Shown here: piece after piece, positions 1-7,393 of the stretch
Layout: each line of letters begins with the position of its first letter
Position numbering within the stretch: the first letter of the stretch is position 1
Source: a virus
Taxonomy: Duplodnaviria > Caudoviricetes
IMG/VR virus record: IMGVR_UViG_3300037042_000951
Span: 1 to 55,642 of that record
DNA length: 55,642 nucleotides
Strand: one strand, 5' to 3'
Program-made: the position numbers and the translations under genes
Notes under the pieces: model-generated
Seen by the model: the letters and a program-made list of their open reading frames with translations, nothing else
Database searches by the model: none
What the model was told of the DNA's origin: nothing

Positions 1-691
1 CGATGACTGAACTCTTAGCTAACGACCGAGGGGATACGAACTGATTCCCTGCTCTCTTTGGATTAAAGATTACAGTATTCTCCTCTTGGTCTCCGCTACG
101 ATAAGACGCTAACCAATTCGGGTGCATAGCTACGCAAGAACGGATTGAACGATGGATACCATTCTCCGATGCCCACAACAACCACTCTTTCGGGCTAGGT
201 TTAGACATCTCAATCTTACACACACGATTCCCTGCATGGGCGAGCATAGAGTCACCGACACCATCTGTTGCATTATTAGATGTTGCAAAGATGATAGACC
301 CCTTGGGTAACGGCTCATCGCCTACCATTCTTTCTAGCATCATACGAGTAAAGATAATCTGTAATAGCTTTGGTGCTTTCATCAACTCGTCAAGGCAGAT
401 GACTTTCTTCTTGCCGTTGCCTAGCTTGAACAGACTCGACACATAGTATTCCAAGGTTCTTGTCTCATGGTTAGGAATAACCATACCAATGTCCGACATG
501 TCTTTGACAGGACAGTCCACATAGATAAAGTCATACTCCGCAGTCCCCAAGTCCTCCTCTAGCATATTCAGTAGGCTAGTCTTACCTACCCCAGGCTCAC
601 TAATAATTACTGGAGTAAGACTCTTACCAATGATAGGAATCGCTTTACGCAATTCGTCAATGGACATTGTTTCGTTTAGATTAAGTTTCAT
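1..691 (-). CDS. AAA+ ATPase (MoxR/AAA_5-like), runs off the window edge
   Basis: Translated by hand, absent from the ORF track: MKLNLNETMSIDELRKAIP..., Walker A variant SEPGVGKT, Walker B VICLDE, sensor ATSN, GNR, SPRS. Open to position 1. SD AAGGGAG upstream. Confidence 0.88.
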   Translation of the reverse strand, partial: MKLNLNETMSIDELRKAIPIIGKSLTPVIISEPGVGKTSLLNMLEEDLGTAEYDFIYVDCPVKDMSDIGMVIPNHETRTLEYYVSSLFKLGNGKKKVICLDELMKAPKLLQIIFTRMMLERMVGDEPLPKGSIIFATSNNATDGVGDSMLAHAGNRVCKIEMSKPSPKEWLLWASENGIHRSIRSCVAMHPNWLASYRSGDQEENTVIFNPKRAGNQFVSPRSLAKSSVI

Positions 692-712
692 GTAATTCTC
701 CCTTGTTTAAGT

Positions 713-1636
713 TTAGATTGATTGAAATGCACCGAACTTCGATAGGATGTCATCCACCCCTTGCTTCACGCTTTCACGCACCGCATCGCTTTCTCGAATA
801 TCCTCAGCAGATACACCGCTTAAGACTCTCTCCAACGATACAGACGCTTTGGCTAACTCTTCGTCATTCGTAAGATTGAACGACCTGAAGGTCTCGCACA
901 AGTCCTTAGCCTTATCGACTGTGGTCTCATAAATCTTACGCTTTTTGGTTTTGACTTCTCCATCTGTTGAACTGCTAATCTCGTCAACACCACAACAATG
1001 ACTAATTGACTCCATGACCTCCATGAACTGATTAGCAATATCAGCCATGACTTGTGGAACAATCTCATCATTGACTTGCTTTTGGTATGTAGTTTTTAAG
1101 TCCTCAGCCAAGTCCTGCGCTATGGCACAGCGATAGTCCGACTGTGGAACTTCTGCCACATACAACCTGATGCGGAACTTGTCCTTGATTTGGTCTACCG
1201 ATGGATACTCCCCTCGGTCAAACATATCCCCTTGCTTGAACGCCATGTTAGAAACAATTTGGGGATACTTAGCCAAGAACGCATCACGCAACGCAAAGTA
1301 AGCCTTCTCATGGTGTTGAAACTCTGTTTTGAACTTTGGCAAATTCACAACAGGCAACAACCGCAATGACCCATTCCAATCGTAAGTTGACCTACGAAGC
1401 CAGTTATAAACGGTCTGTCTATAATTGAGCAGTTGCTTATGGGTTGGGTCATCAGCTAAGAGATTCTTTACATACCGCCCTGCTGAATGGTCGGCCTTTT
1501 TAGCCGTTGTTACCTCGTTAGAGATAACTCTATCTTGCTTTGTCGCTGACCAAACGCTTACTTCTGCATTGACCAAGACTGCCGATGTCGCAAGACTAAT
1601 GACATGGTTCGGACTTTCTAACTGAATAACACTCAT
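713..1636 (-). CDS. Conserved phage helical protein (DUF3150-like), typical partner of AAA ATPase/VWA modules
   Basis: 307 aa ORF with SD GAGGTG. Family assignment is from recalled resemblance and adjacency to the ATPase. Confidence 0.6.
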   Translation of the reverse strand: MSVIQLESPNHVISLATSAVLVNAEVSVWSATKQDRVISNEVTTAKKADHSAGRYVKNLLADDPTHKQLLNYRQTVYNWLRRSTYDWNGSLRLLPVVNLPKFKTEFQHHEKAYFALRDAFLAKYPQIVSNMAFKQGDMFDRGEYPSVDQIKDKFRIRLYVAEVPQSDYRCAIAQDLAEDLKTTYQKQVNDEIVPQVMADIANQFMEVMESISHCCGVDEISSSTDGEVKTKKRKIYETTVDKAKDLCETFRSFNLTNDEELAKASVSLERVLSGVSAEDIRESDAVRESVKQGVDDILSKFGAFQSI

Positions 1637-1659
1637 ATTTCACCTCACTAAGGATTGAC

Positions 1660-1687
1660 TTCAATAACTGTTGAACTGTTATATAAC
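1660..1687. promoter_or_regulatory. 28-bp double-palindrome element, copy 1
   Basis: TTCAAT-AACT-GTTGAA-CT-GTTATATAAC; same spacing at 3504, 4100 and 5083. Confidence 0.7.
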
Positions 1688-1743
1688 GGTTCGGCTTAAC
1701 TGCTTACTGATACGACTTAAACATCTTCACTCCCAACAAACAT

Positions 1744-1766
1744 ATTATACCACATACTTTACATAT
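1744..1766 (-). promoter_or_regulatory. Extended -10 sigma70-type promoter (TGGTATAAT), copy 1
   Basis: 23-bp sequence identical to 3586-3608; intergenic, upstream of 713..1636. Confidence 0.75.
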
Positions 1767-1791
1767 CATAGGACTTTATACATCTTTTTTA

Positions 1792-2253
1792 TTACATCCA
1801 ATCGCAGTTAACTCCACGATAGATGCCAATCCAATCCCAATCATGTTCACCAAAATACTCTTCAGTGATGTCGTTGGTCTCTTCACCGATGCGAACAAAG
1901 ATACCTCCTATATGCTTGTTGCCTTTGGTCTCTCCATTCTTTTCATCTGTGTTCTCAGCCCAATCTTGGGCTAACTGCAACAAAGCCATATGGCACTTCA
2001 CATCGTCATAGTCCTCATACCACTTCACATCTTCAGCGAAGAAGTTCAACGCAAGGTTATCCTCGTCTACCTTCATCTCTGAATCCGAGATTGCTGAGGG
2101 GAACTTAACCTTTGCGTCAGCTAAGAATGTATAGAATGACCCCTTAGCCGACTGTATTTCTTGGTCGCTAGGGAACTCACCCCCTTCTGCTTCTTGTGGG
2201 CTAGGTAACGCAGTAAACCTTATGGTGTAAGCAACTGTTGAACGATAGCCCAT
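1792..2253 (-). CDS. Hypothetical phage protein (probable start MGYRSTVAY)
   Basis: Track ORF 1792..2376. ATG at 2253 directly follows the stop of 2255..2551 and has a purine-rich RBS. Confidence 0.65.
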   Translation of the reverse strand: MGYRSTVAYTIRFTALPSPQEAEGGEFPSDQEIQSAKGSFYTFLADAKVKFPSAISDSEMKVDEDNLALNFFAEDVKWYEDYDDVKCHMALLQLAQDWAENTDEKNGETKGNKHIGGIFVRIGEETNDITEEYFGEHDWDWIGIYRGVNCDWM

Positions 2254-2254
2254 A

Positions 2255-2551
2255 TTACCCCTCTTGCTTTTTTGATGGGTCGATACTGTCGCTTCCTGAA
2301 ATGCCCTGTTGATTTCTACTTTGAATCGTTCTTTCCGCATTTCGTCGGGCATTGTAGATAGCTTCTTCCGTCTCATACCTTGCTTCCTCCCACATTACTT
2401 GTTCTTGCACTTCACATAGTTCATTGAACTTATCAGCCATGCCTTGCTTGTCGCCACGCTTGTGGGCTTCTACTGCTTCCTTGAGAATTTGCAGTTCTCT
2501 CTTCAAAGAAGTCTTATAAAACTCGGTGATGTCTAGGTCTTTCTTGCTCAT
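2255..2551 (-). CDS. Hypothetical protein
   Basis: 98 aa, SD GGAGG, ATGA-coupled to the upstream ORF. Confidence 0.65.
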   Translation of the reverse strand: MSKKDLDITEFYKTSLKRELQILKEAVEAHKRGDKQGMADKFNELCEVQEQVMWEEARYETEEAIYNARRNAERTIQSRNQQGISGSDSIDPSKKQEG

Positions 2552-2628
2552 ACCAAACCTCCAATTAAGTTAATCATGAATATCATCAGTAAAACAAATA
2601 AAACTACAGCCCATGCTTTATCTCCCAT
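2548..2628 (-). CDS. 26-aa single-transmembrane peptide
   Basis: Hand translation MGDKAWAVVLFVLLMIFMINLIGGLV; SD GGAGGA; ATGA overlap with the next gene. Confidence 0.6.
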   Translation of the reverse strand: MGDKAWAVVLFVLLMIFMINLIGGLV

Positions 2629-2731
2629 GAGCTGTCCTCCTAGTAAACCAAGGGATAGGTTTGCGTAGTGTCTGCCCCCCTCGGTTCTTCCTACAATACT
2701 TGTGGTCTACTCGTGGGTCAATCCATTTCAT
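2618..2731 (-). CDS. 37-aa basic hypothetical peptide
   Basis: MKWIDPRVDHKYCRKNRGGQTLRKPIPWFTRRTAHGR; SD AGGGAG; ATGA-coupled. Confidence 0.5.
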   Translation of the reverse strand: MKWIDPRVDHKYCRKNRGGQTLRKPIPWFTRRTAHGR

Positions 2732-2877
2732 TTTGGTTCACTCCCTGTTGAATACAAACCCCATACATAGTCATAGAGAATATCAGTCAGCTTTTCGCTA
2801 TCCTTATACTTCCACCCATCATTCGTTATATATAAAAGCAAGGTGTCCAATGCTTCTAGTTCTTCCTTGGTCATCAT
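2728..2877 (-). CDS. 49-aa hypothetical protein
   Basis: MMTKEELEALDTLLLYITNDGWKYKD...GSEPK; ATGA overlaps at both ends. Confidence 0.55.
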   Translation of the reverse strand: MMTKEELEALDTLLLYITNDGWKYKDSEKLTDILYDYVWGLYSTGSEPK

Positions 2878-3098
2878 TTAACCAACCCTCCCTTGTTGTT
2901 TAATCCAATCAAGTCAGCCCTATCCGTAATCAACATATAGTTCGACTTGTGCATAGGTGCTATGGTTCGCTTCTTGTTAGCCATGTCAGCAATCTCATCA
3001 CCACAAGGCAGACACACCGCATAGCCAATGGCTAATCTCTTAGCGTCGTAGGTATCACCACATAGCTTGCACTGTGGGGTAAAAGTCTCATCAATCAT
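2874..3098 (-). CDS. C4 zinc-finger protein, DksA/TraR-finger-like
   Basis: CKLCG-x6-RL-x6-CLPC pattern. Confidence 0.65.
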   Translation of the reverse strand: MIDETFTPQCKLCGDTYDAKRLAIGYAVCLPCGDEIADMANKKRTIAPMHKSNYMLITDRADLIGLNNKGGLVK

Positions 3099-3285
3099 GG
3101 TTTATCTCCCGTTGTAGTTTTTGCATAATTGTCATCGCCTTCTTGCGCTGAGTGACGCTTGATGAGTCCATATAAAAGTGCGACACAATACTCAAGATGT
3201 AAGTTAAGTCTTCTTTGGTTATAGCTTTGGGTAAACCTTGCCAATCCGTAGCTAGTGCCATTTGCTCCATCTCTTCAAGATTCAT
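3091..3285 (-). CDS. Hypothetical protein
   Basis: 64 aa, SD GGAGGTG, coupled to its neighbours. Confidence 0.65.
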   Translation of the reverse strand: MNLEEMEQMALATDWQGLPKAITKEDLTYILSIVSHFYMDSSSVTQRKKAMTIMQKLQREINHD

Positions 3286-3479
3286 GACTCACCTCCCTGT
3301 TTGCCAAACGACTTCTCGTATGCGTCAAGCCACGCATTGAAGTCCTTCTCGTGTTGCGCCCATTCCTCAGCCTTCAGGTTATCCTGCGCCAAGTCTAGTT
3401 CTAACTGCCGTTGATGCTTTTCCATCTTGGCTAGGTTTTCTTCCCAATACTCGTTGAAGAGTTGTTTCACTCTGCCCAT
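3282..3479 (-). CDS. Hypothetical protein (probable start MGRVKQL)
   Basis: SD GGAGGTG upstream of ATG 3479; the longer track ORF would overlap the promoter. Confidence 0.65.
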   Translation of the reverse strand: MGRVKQLFNEYWEENLAKMEKHQRQLELDLAQDNLKAEEWAQHEKDFNAWLDAYEKSFGKQGGES

Positions 3480-3503
3480 ATCACACCTCCCGTTATGATT
3501 GAT

Positions 3504-3531
3504 TTCAATAGTCGTTGAACTCTTATTTAAG
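3504..3531. promoter_or_regulatory. 28-bp double-palindrome element, copy 2
   Basis: TTCAAT-AGTC-GTTGAA-CT-CTTATTTAAG. Confidence 0.7.
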
Positions 3532-3585
3532 GAATTGTTCCGACCGCTTGGATTGGCTTCTATTTTGTGCGCCTCTCCAGTAATC

Positions 3586-3608
3586 ATTATACCACATACT
3601 TTACATAT
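3586..3608 (-). promoter_or_regulatory. Extended -10 promoter (TGGTATAAT), copy 2
   Basis: Identical 23-mer to 1744-1766. Confidence 0.75.
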
Positions 3609-3681
3609 AATAGGCTTCTATCTGACTTTTTTAGGAGGGTCTTCTTGCTGATATTAGGCAAGATGCCAGTTTTTAGCGGTG

Positions 3682-4065
3682 TAAGTATTTGATATTCCTC
3701 GTGTTCTGATGTTCTGATGTCGTTAACTTTACGAATGGAACTGGAACAAGGTTTTTGCGTGGTGAGGGGAACTCTGTAAGTCCTTGTTTTGTATATATAA
3801 TATATATAATATAATAATAATAATAGGGGGCGAAAAGAGATTTGTTCCAATGTTCTGGGTGTTCTGAGGGTATGGTGGGAAAAGTGGGTTTTTGCTTTGC
3901 ACTCGCAAAATTAAGGAAACGACCTGACCAATTTTATTTTCACTTTCCCAAACCACATTTCTTGGTCAGAACACTGGAACACTGGAACAAAACACCGTAA
4001 CTACTTGATTTTGCACGGCTTTTCTTGTTCCAAACTTTGTTCCAGCCACGCTTTGTTCCAGAACG
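3682..4065. repeat. Iteron-like TGTTCY/RGAACA array with an AT-rich core and two IHF-consensus sites (putative replication origin)
   Basis: About a dozen short repeats in both orientations; AT run 3792-3824; WATCAANNNNTTR matches on the minus strand at 3682-3694 and 3998-4010. Confidence 0.6.
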
Positions 4066-4099
4066 ACTTCGCCAATACATTGTCTACAAGATGAGGCAC

Positions 4100-4127
4100 T
4101 TCAACACCTGTTGAACTCTTATATAAG
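4100..4127. promoter_or_regulatory. 28-bp double-palindrome element, copy 3
   Basis: TTCAAC-ACCT-GTTGAA-CT-CTTATATAAG. Confidence 0.7.
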
Positions 4128-4243
4128 GGGCTTGCCTAGGAATGGGCTTGGCGTTTTGCGTTGCGTCAGCAAAGGTATGTATATTAGATGCCACGCTTGA
4201 TTGCGCGCGCGAGGACAGATAACTGGTCTCATTTTCAGGACAC

Positions 4244-4276
4244 AAAAAAAGGGGAGAGAGCCTAAGCCCTCCCCCC
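4244..4276 (-). terminator. Rho-independent terminator
   Basis: GGGGGGAGGGC-TTAG-GCTCTCTCCCC followed by T7, downstream of 4293..4979. Confidence 0.85.
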
Positions 4277-4292
4277 TCAAAAACAATCTAGA

Positions 4293-4979
4293 TTACTTCT
4301 TAAATACAGCGTTGAAAGCCTGTATTGCTTTGTCTAACTTAGTGACATCTGCAAATTCGTCACCCTTAGCCTTAGCATTTTTGCAACGGGTTTTCATGGT
4401 ATCAAAAACCCCCTTATCGTTATAGAGCCATTCCATGAAAGCTAAATTACCTTTGCGTTGAGTAGTTTCACCATTACGCTCTTTCAGGATTTTATTACCC
4501 TCCGCTACTAATTTTTTGTAAGTAGTGGTTTCATACTTGTTGCAATCGGTGCGAATATCTGCAACGATTTTATGCAATGCTGGGCAATGAGTTTCTTTAA
4601 TCTTGCCCGCTTGTTGCTGGGTAAAACTAAACGCATAATCCACCCCGATATTTTTTAACTCAGGCTTTTTAGGCATTTCAATACCCTGTATTTGCATATC
4701 GCTGACCTTGATATACTTATCCTCAATAATGCAATACTGAATAGCGGGATTTAATTCTGAATGTTTACGCTTATAACCAGAGCGTATGCTCAAAATATCC
4801 TCGTCGCTAACATTATCAGGAAAACCCTTTACATGGTCTAACGCCCATGTAGCTAACTGTTTAACAGATTGCAAAACCCCGCCATGCCTATAACCTAAAT
4901 CAGGCAAGCTAGTGGGTTTATTAGAGTTACCAATTACAGCACCTTGCTCAAGGGCATTAACGAGCTTGGTTTTAGTCAT
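4293..4979 (-). CDS. Early hypothetical protein (monocistronic unit)
   Basis: 228 aa; own promoter (5050-5078), SD AGGGAG and terminator. Confidence 0.8.
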   Translation of the reverse strand: MTKTKLVNALEQGAVIGNSNKPTSLPDLGYRHGGVLQSVKQLATWALDHVKGFPDNVSDEDILSIRSGYKRKHSELNPAIQYCIIEDKYIKVSDMQIQGIEMPKKPELKNIGVDYAFSFTQQQAGKIKETHCPALHKIVADIRTDCNKYETTTYKKLVAEGNKILKERNGETTQRKGNLAFMEWLYNDKGVFDTMKTRCKNAKAKGDEFADVTKLDKAIQAFNAVFKK

Positions 4980-5049
4980 ATGACTATCTCCCTATTTATG
5001 CAATGAGTGGCAGATTGAAAGTAATCGACATCACTCAAGGCATGGCTAA

Positions 5050-5078
5050 ATTATGCGTTATCCCATGGGATTTGTAAA
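5050..5078 (-). promoter_or_regulatory. Sigma70 early promoter TTTACA-N17-CATAAT, copy 1
   Basis: Near-consensus boxes with 17-bp spacer; duplicated at 6389-6417. Confidence 0.8.
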
Positions 5079-5082
5079 GTAT

Positions 5083-5110
5083 TTCACCTTATGTTGAACC
5101 CTTATTTAAG
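5083..5110. promoter_or_regulatory. 28-bp double-palindrome element, copy 4
   Basis: TTCACC-TTAT-GTTGAA-CC-CTTATTTAAG, immediately upstream of the -35 box. Confidence 0.65.
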
Positions 5111-5172
5111 GAAATGTCTGCAAGCTCGCACACGCACACGAGGCACACGCTCGAAGACAAATAACTGGTATC

Positions 5173-5197
5173 AAACCCCACCACCGAAGTGGCAGGG
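5173..5197 (-). terminator. Terminator-like hairpin with cUUCGg loop
   Basis: CCCTGCCAC-TTCG-GTGGTGGGG-TTT after 5204..5413; the U tail is short. Confidence 0.65.
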
Positions 5198-5203
5198 CTG
5201 AGG

Positions 5204-5413
5204 TTACTGCGTCAATTCAAAGCTTGTTGCAAAGTAATCACAAACACCAGCCCTGATATAAGCATCAGGACCATCACCGATCTGCTTGGCGCGGATCGAA
5301 TCAATAAATACATCCCAATCGTTGCGCTTTACTGGGTCATTCAAGTCAAACCGAATTGTTTGAACATTTTGCATACCCGCTACGCGATACGTTACAACAG
5401 CAAATGATTTCAT
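5204..5413 (-). CDS. Early hypothetical protein
   Basis: 69 aa; SD AGGGAG supplied by repeat 5415-5466. Confidence 0.75.
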   Translation of the reverse strand: MKSFAVVTYRVAGMQNVQTIRFDLNDPVKRNDWDVFIDSIRAKQIGDGPDAYIRAGVCDYFATSFELTQ

Positions 5414-5414
5414 C

Positions 5415-5466
5415 TTAACTCCCTATTTAAAATGCGGGTGAAGCGCACCCGCTACGCTACTACTTA
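5415..5466 (-). repeat. 52-bp intergenic repeat (stop-hairpin-SD), copy 1
   Basis: 50/52 identical to 5802-5853. Confidence 0.92.
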
Positions 5467-5799
5467 CCAGAGGGACACTTTACTTCCGTCTGCATACACG
5501 ATGTACTGATTACCCTCTTCATCTACATGTTCTGTATATGTGCCTTGGTCAGTACGCTCAACCCACACTGCGCCAATTACTGAGGGAAAGTATTCCTGCC
5601 CAGCACATGGTGGATCATATAAAACACTACCAAAAGAATTAACGATATCTTCGCTAATTGGCTTTACAAATACCCTGCCTGTACTACTAGGCTTATGTGG
5701 TGGTGTGATGCCCTGAACTACTACTAACTCACCACGAAAGGTTTTAACTACATCACCAAGTATTACTGGGCTACCAGTATCTTCGTAAACTAATTGCAT
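5464..5799 (-). CDS. Early hypothetical protein (probable start MQLVYEDT)
   Basis: ATG at 5799 follows the SD in repeat 5802-5853. Confidence 0.75.
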   Translation of the reverse strand: MQLVYEDTGSPVILGDVVKTFRGELVVVQGITPPHKPSSTGRVFVKPISEDIVNSFGSVLYDPPCAGQEYFPSVIGAVWVERTDQGTYTEHVDEEGNQYIVYADGSKVSLW

Positions 5800-5801
5800 G
5801 A

Positions 5802-5853
5802 TTAACTCCCTATTTAAAATGGGGGTGAAGCGCACCCCCTACGCTACTACTTA
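5802..5853 (-). repeat. 52-bp intergenic repeat (stop-hairpin-SD), copy 2
   Basis: Differs from copy 1 only by one compensatory base pair in the stem. Confidence 0.92.
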
Positions 5854-6336
5854 GTCACACTGGATTGCGTACTTATCCTGTTTGACTAGCTCACTGCTTA
5901 CTACAACTTTACGGCATGTAGGACTGTCTGACTTTACAGTCGCATCTACTCGGACGTTAAACCCATCAAACTGAAACCGATAAACACGGTTCAGTAGCTC
6001 AGCATAGTCATGAGAGCTAACATCCCTGCTACCATCCAACGTTGCGAAGTACCACAACATACTAGCTAGACGATCGTCTTTAAAACTGTCTAGACCTGCT
6101 ACATAAAAAGCAAGTGACGGCTGACAGTAGGTAGCATCTACTCTGCACACTAGCGAATACTTTTCGCTATCCCAGCGATCACCTACAGGTTCAGGGCAAA
6201 CCATCTTGATGATGTGAGTCAACTGACGGCGCACTGCTTGCAACTGCTTGGCATTATTGCCTAGGCTATTACGGCTACGGATAATGTCTGCCTTGGCTTC
6301 GTCTAACAACTGTACTGCTGATGAAGTATTCTTCAT
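5851..6336 (-). CDS. First early gene, hypothetical protein
   Basis: 161 aa, SD AGGGAG, downstream of promoter 6389-6417. Confidence 0.8.
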   Translation of the reverse strand: MKNTSSAVQLLDEAKADIIRSRNSLGNNAKQLQAVRRQLTHIIKMVCPEPVGDRWDSEKYSLVCRVDATYCQPSLAFYVAGLDSFKDDRLASMLWYFATLDGSRDVSSHDYAELLNRVYRFQFDGFNVRVDATVKSDSPTCRKVVVSSELVKQDKYAIQCD

Positions 6337-6388
6337 TTGAATCTCCCTGTTGGGTTACTGGATCAAGCCAATCTCGATCCATGACTAA

Positions 6389-6417
6389 ATTATGCCTTAG
6401 CTGATAGGATTTGTAAA
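6389..6417 (-). promoter_or_regulatory. Sigma70 early promoter TTTACA-N17-CATAAT, copy 2
   Basis: Same boxes and flanks as 5050-5078. Confidence 0.8.
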
Positions 6418-6435
6418 GTATTTGGCTGGGCGCGA

Positions 6436-6746
6436 CCCCACCTACCCCCATCCCCCCATTTGGCTCAGATGGGACCCGCTCACCCCACACCCCATAAAGA
6501 ACACAAATAACTCCTCATTTTTCCAAATACACTCGGCATTAAGTACGTAGCCTTTCCTCTCCTAAACATTTCTCTAACCACATTTACTGAGTCATAAGTG
6601 GTGAATTTCCTCTAAGAATTGGCAGCAAGACGTACCTAGCCTTCCCATCATCTATAACACCCTCCCCCCATACATTCATAACCCCCACCCCCGTTAATTA
6701 ACACTAAAAGACTTTACATATATCTCGTTTATAGAAACACCCCCCG
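6436..6746. other. C-run-rich non-coding region at the divergence point (candidate genome end / packaging site)
   Basis: Many C4-C6 runs on the plus strand between the divergent early and terminase genes. Confidence 0.4.
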
Positions 6747-6832
6747 TCATCTTTTTTCAAGGTACTTGTTTCCTCTAATATTATTTTGTTGTACACTTCA
6801 GACATCTAGGGTTTTACGATGACCGAGAGTAG

Positions 6833-7393
6833 ATGGAAAATATAATCATTCCTCATATAGAAGAGGACGTACCGCTTCCAGCCAACGCTACCGAAGCCTT
6901 TCCAGAACTGTCTCCAAAAGAAGAGCTAGACGCCAGAGCAAGGACAATTACATTACTTGCCGAATTAAACAACACCCCACTTTATCCCACTGCTGAGCAT
7001 GTGGCACAGGCAACACAAATTGCCACTCAAATGATGAATGATCCAAAGGCTAGACCTGAGTTTAAGAACTATCCCAATGAGACATTGGCTTATTTGGCAG
7101 GTATGGTGTCCCAAATGAACGTGCAACTTGTGGACGACCTAGCTGAAATGAAGATGTATGTGGTCAATAAGCTGCTTTATGAGGTAGAACATGCTTCAAA
7201 TGCCAAAGATAGGCTCAGAGCCTTACGGGATTTGGGTGAAGTAGACGGAATTGACGCATTTAAGAAGCGTTCTGAGGTCACAATGAAGGTACAAAGCATC
7301 GAAGAGGTCGAAAAAGAGCTATTTGAGACGCTTTCTAGTCTAAAAAGTAAGGCAATTGACGTAGAAGTTAGAGAAGTCAAGCCTAAAAAATGA
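6833..7393 (+). CDS. Putative terminase small subunit
   Basis: Helical 186 aa protein, ATGA-coupled directly upstream of TerL. Assigned by position. Confidence 0.6.
   Translation: MENIIIPHIEEDVPLPANATEAFPELSPKEELDARARTITLLAELNNTPLYPTAEHVAQATQIATQMMNDPKARPEFKNYPNETLAYLAGMVSQMNVQLVDDLAEMKMYVVNKLLYEVEHASNAKDRLRALRDLGEVDGIDAFKKRSEVTMKVQSIEEVEKELFETLSSLKSKAIDVEVREVKPKK

Noticed and set aside
3587-3956. Track ORFs 3587..3850 and 3729..3956
   Set aside because: They translate the repeat and AT-rich origin-like region into low-complexity peptides, and one overlaps a promoter.
5072-5099. dif/XerD-like site (TTATGTTGAAC)
   Set aside because: No plausible XerC arm, and the other three copies of the 28-bp element lack the TTAT spacer.
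5415-5853. 52-bp repeats as a CRISPR array or integron attC sites
   Set aside because: Only two copies, separated by a whole gene. No cas operon or integrase, and no RYYYAAC/GTTRRRY ends.
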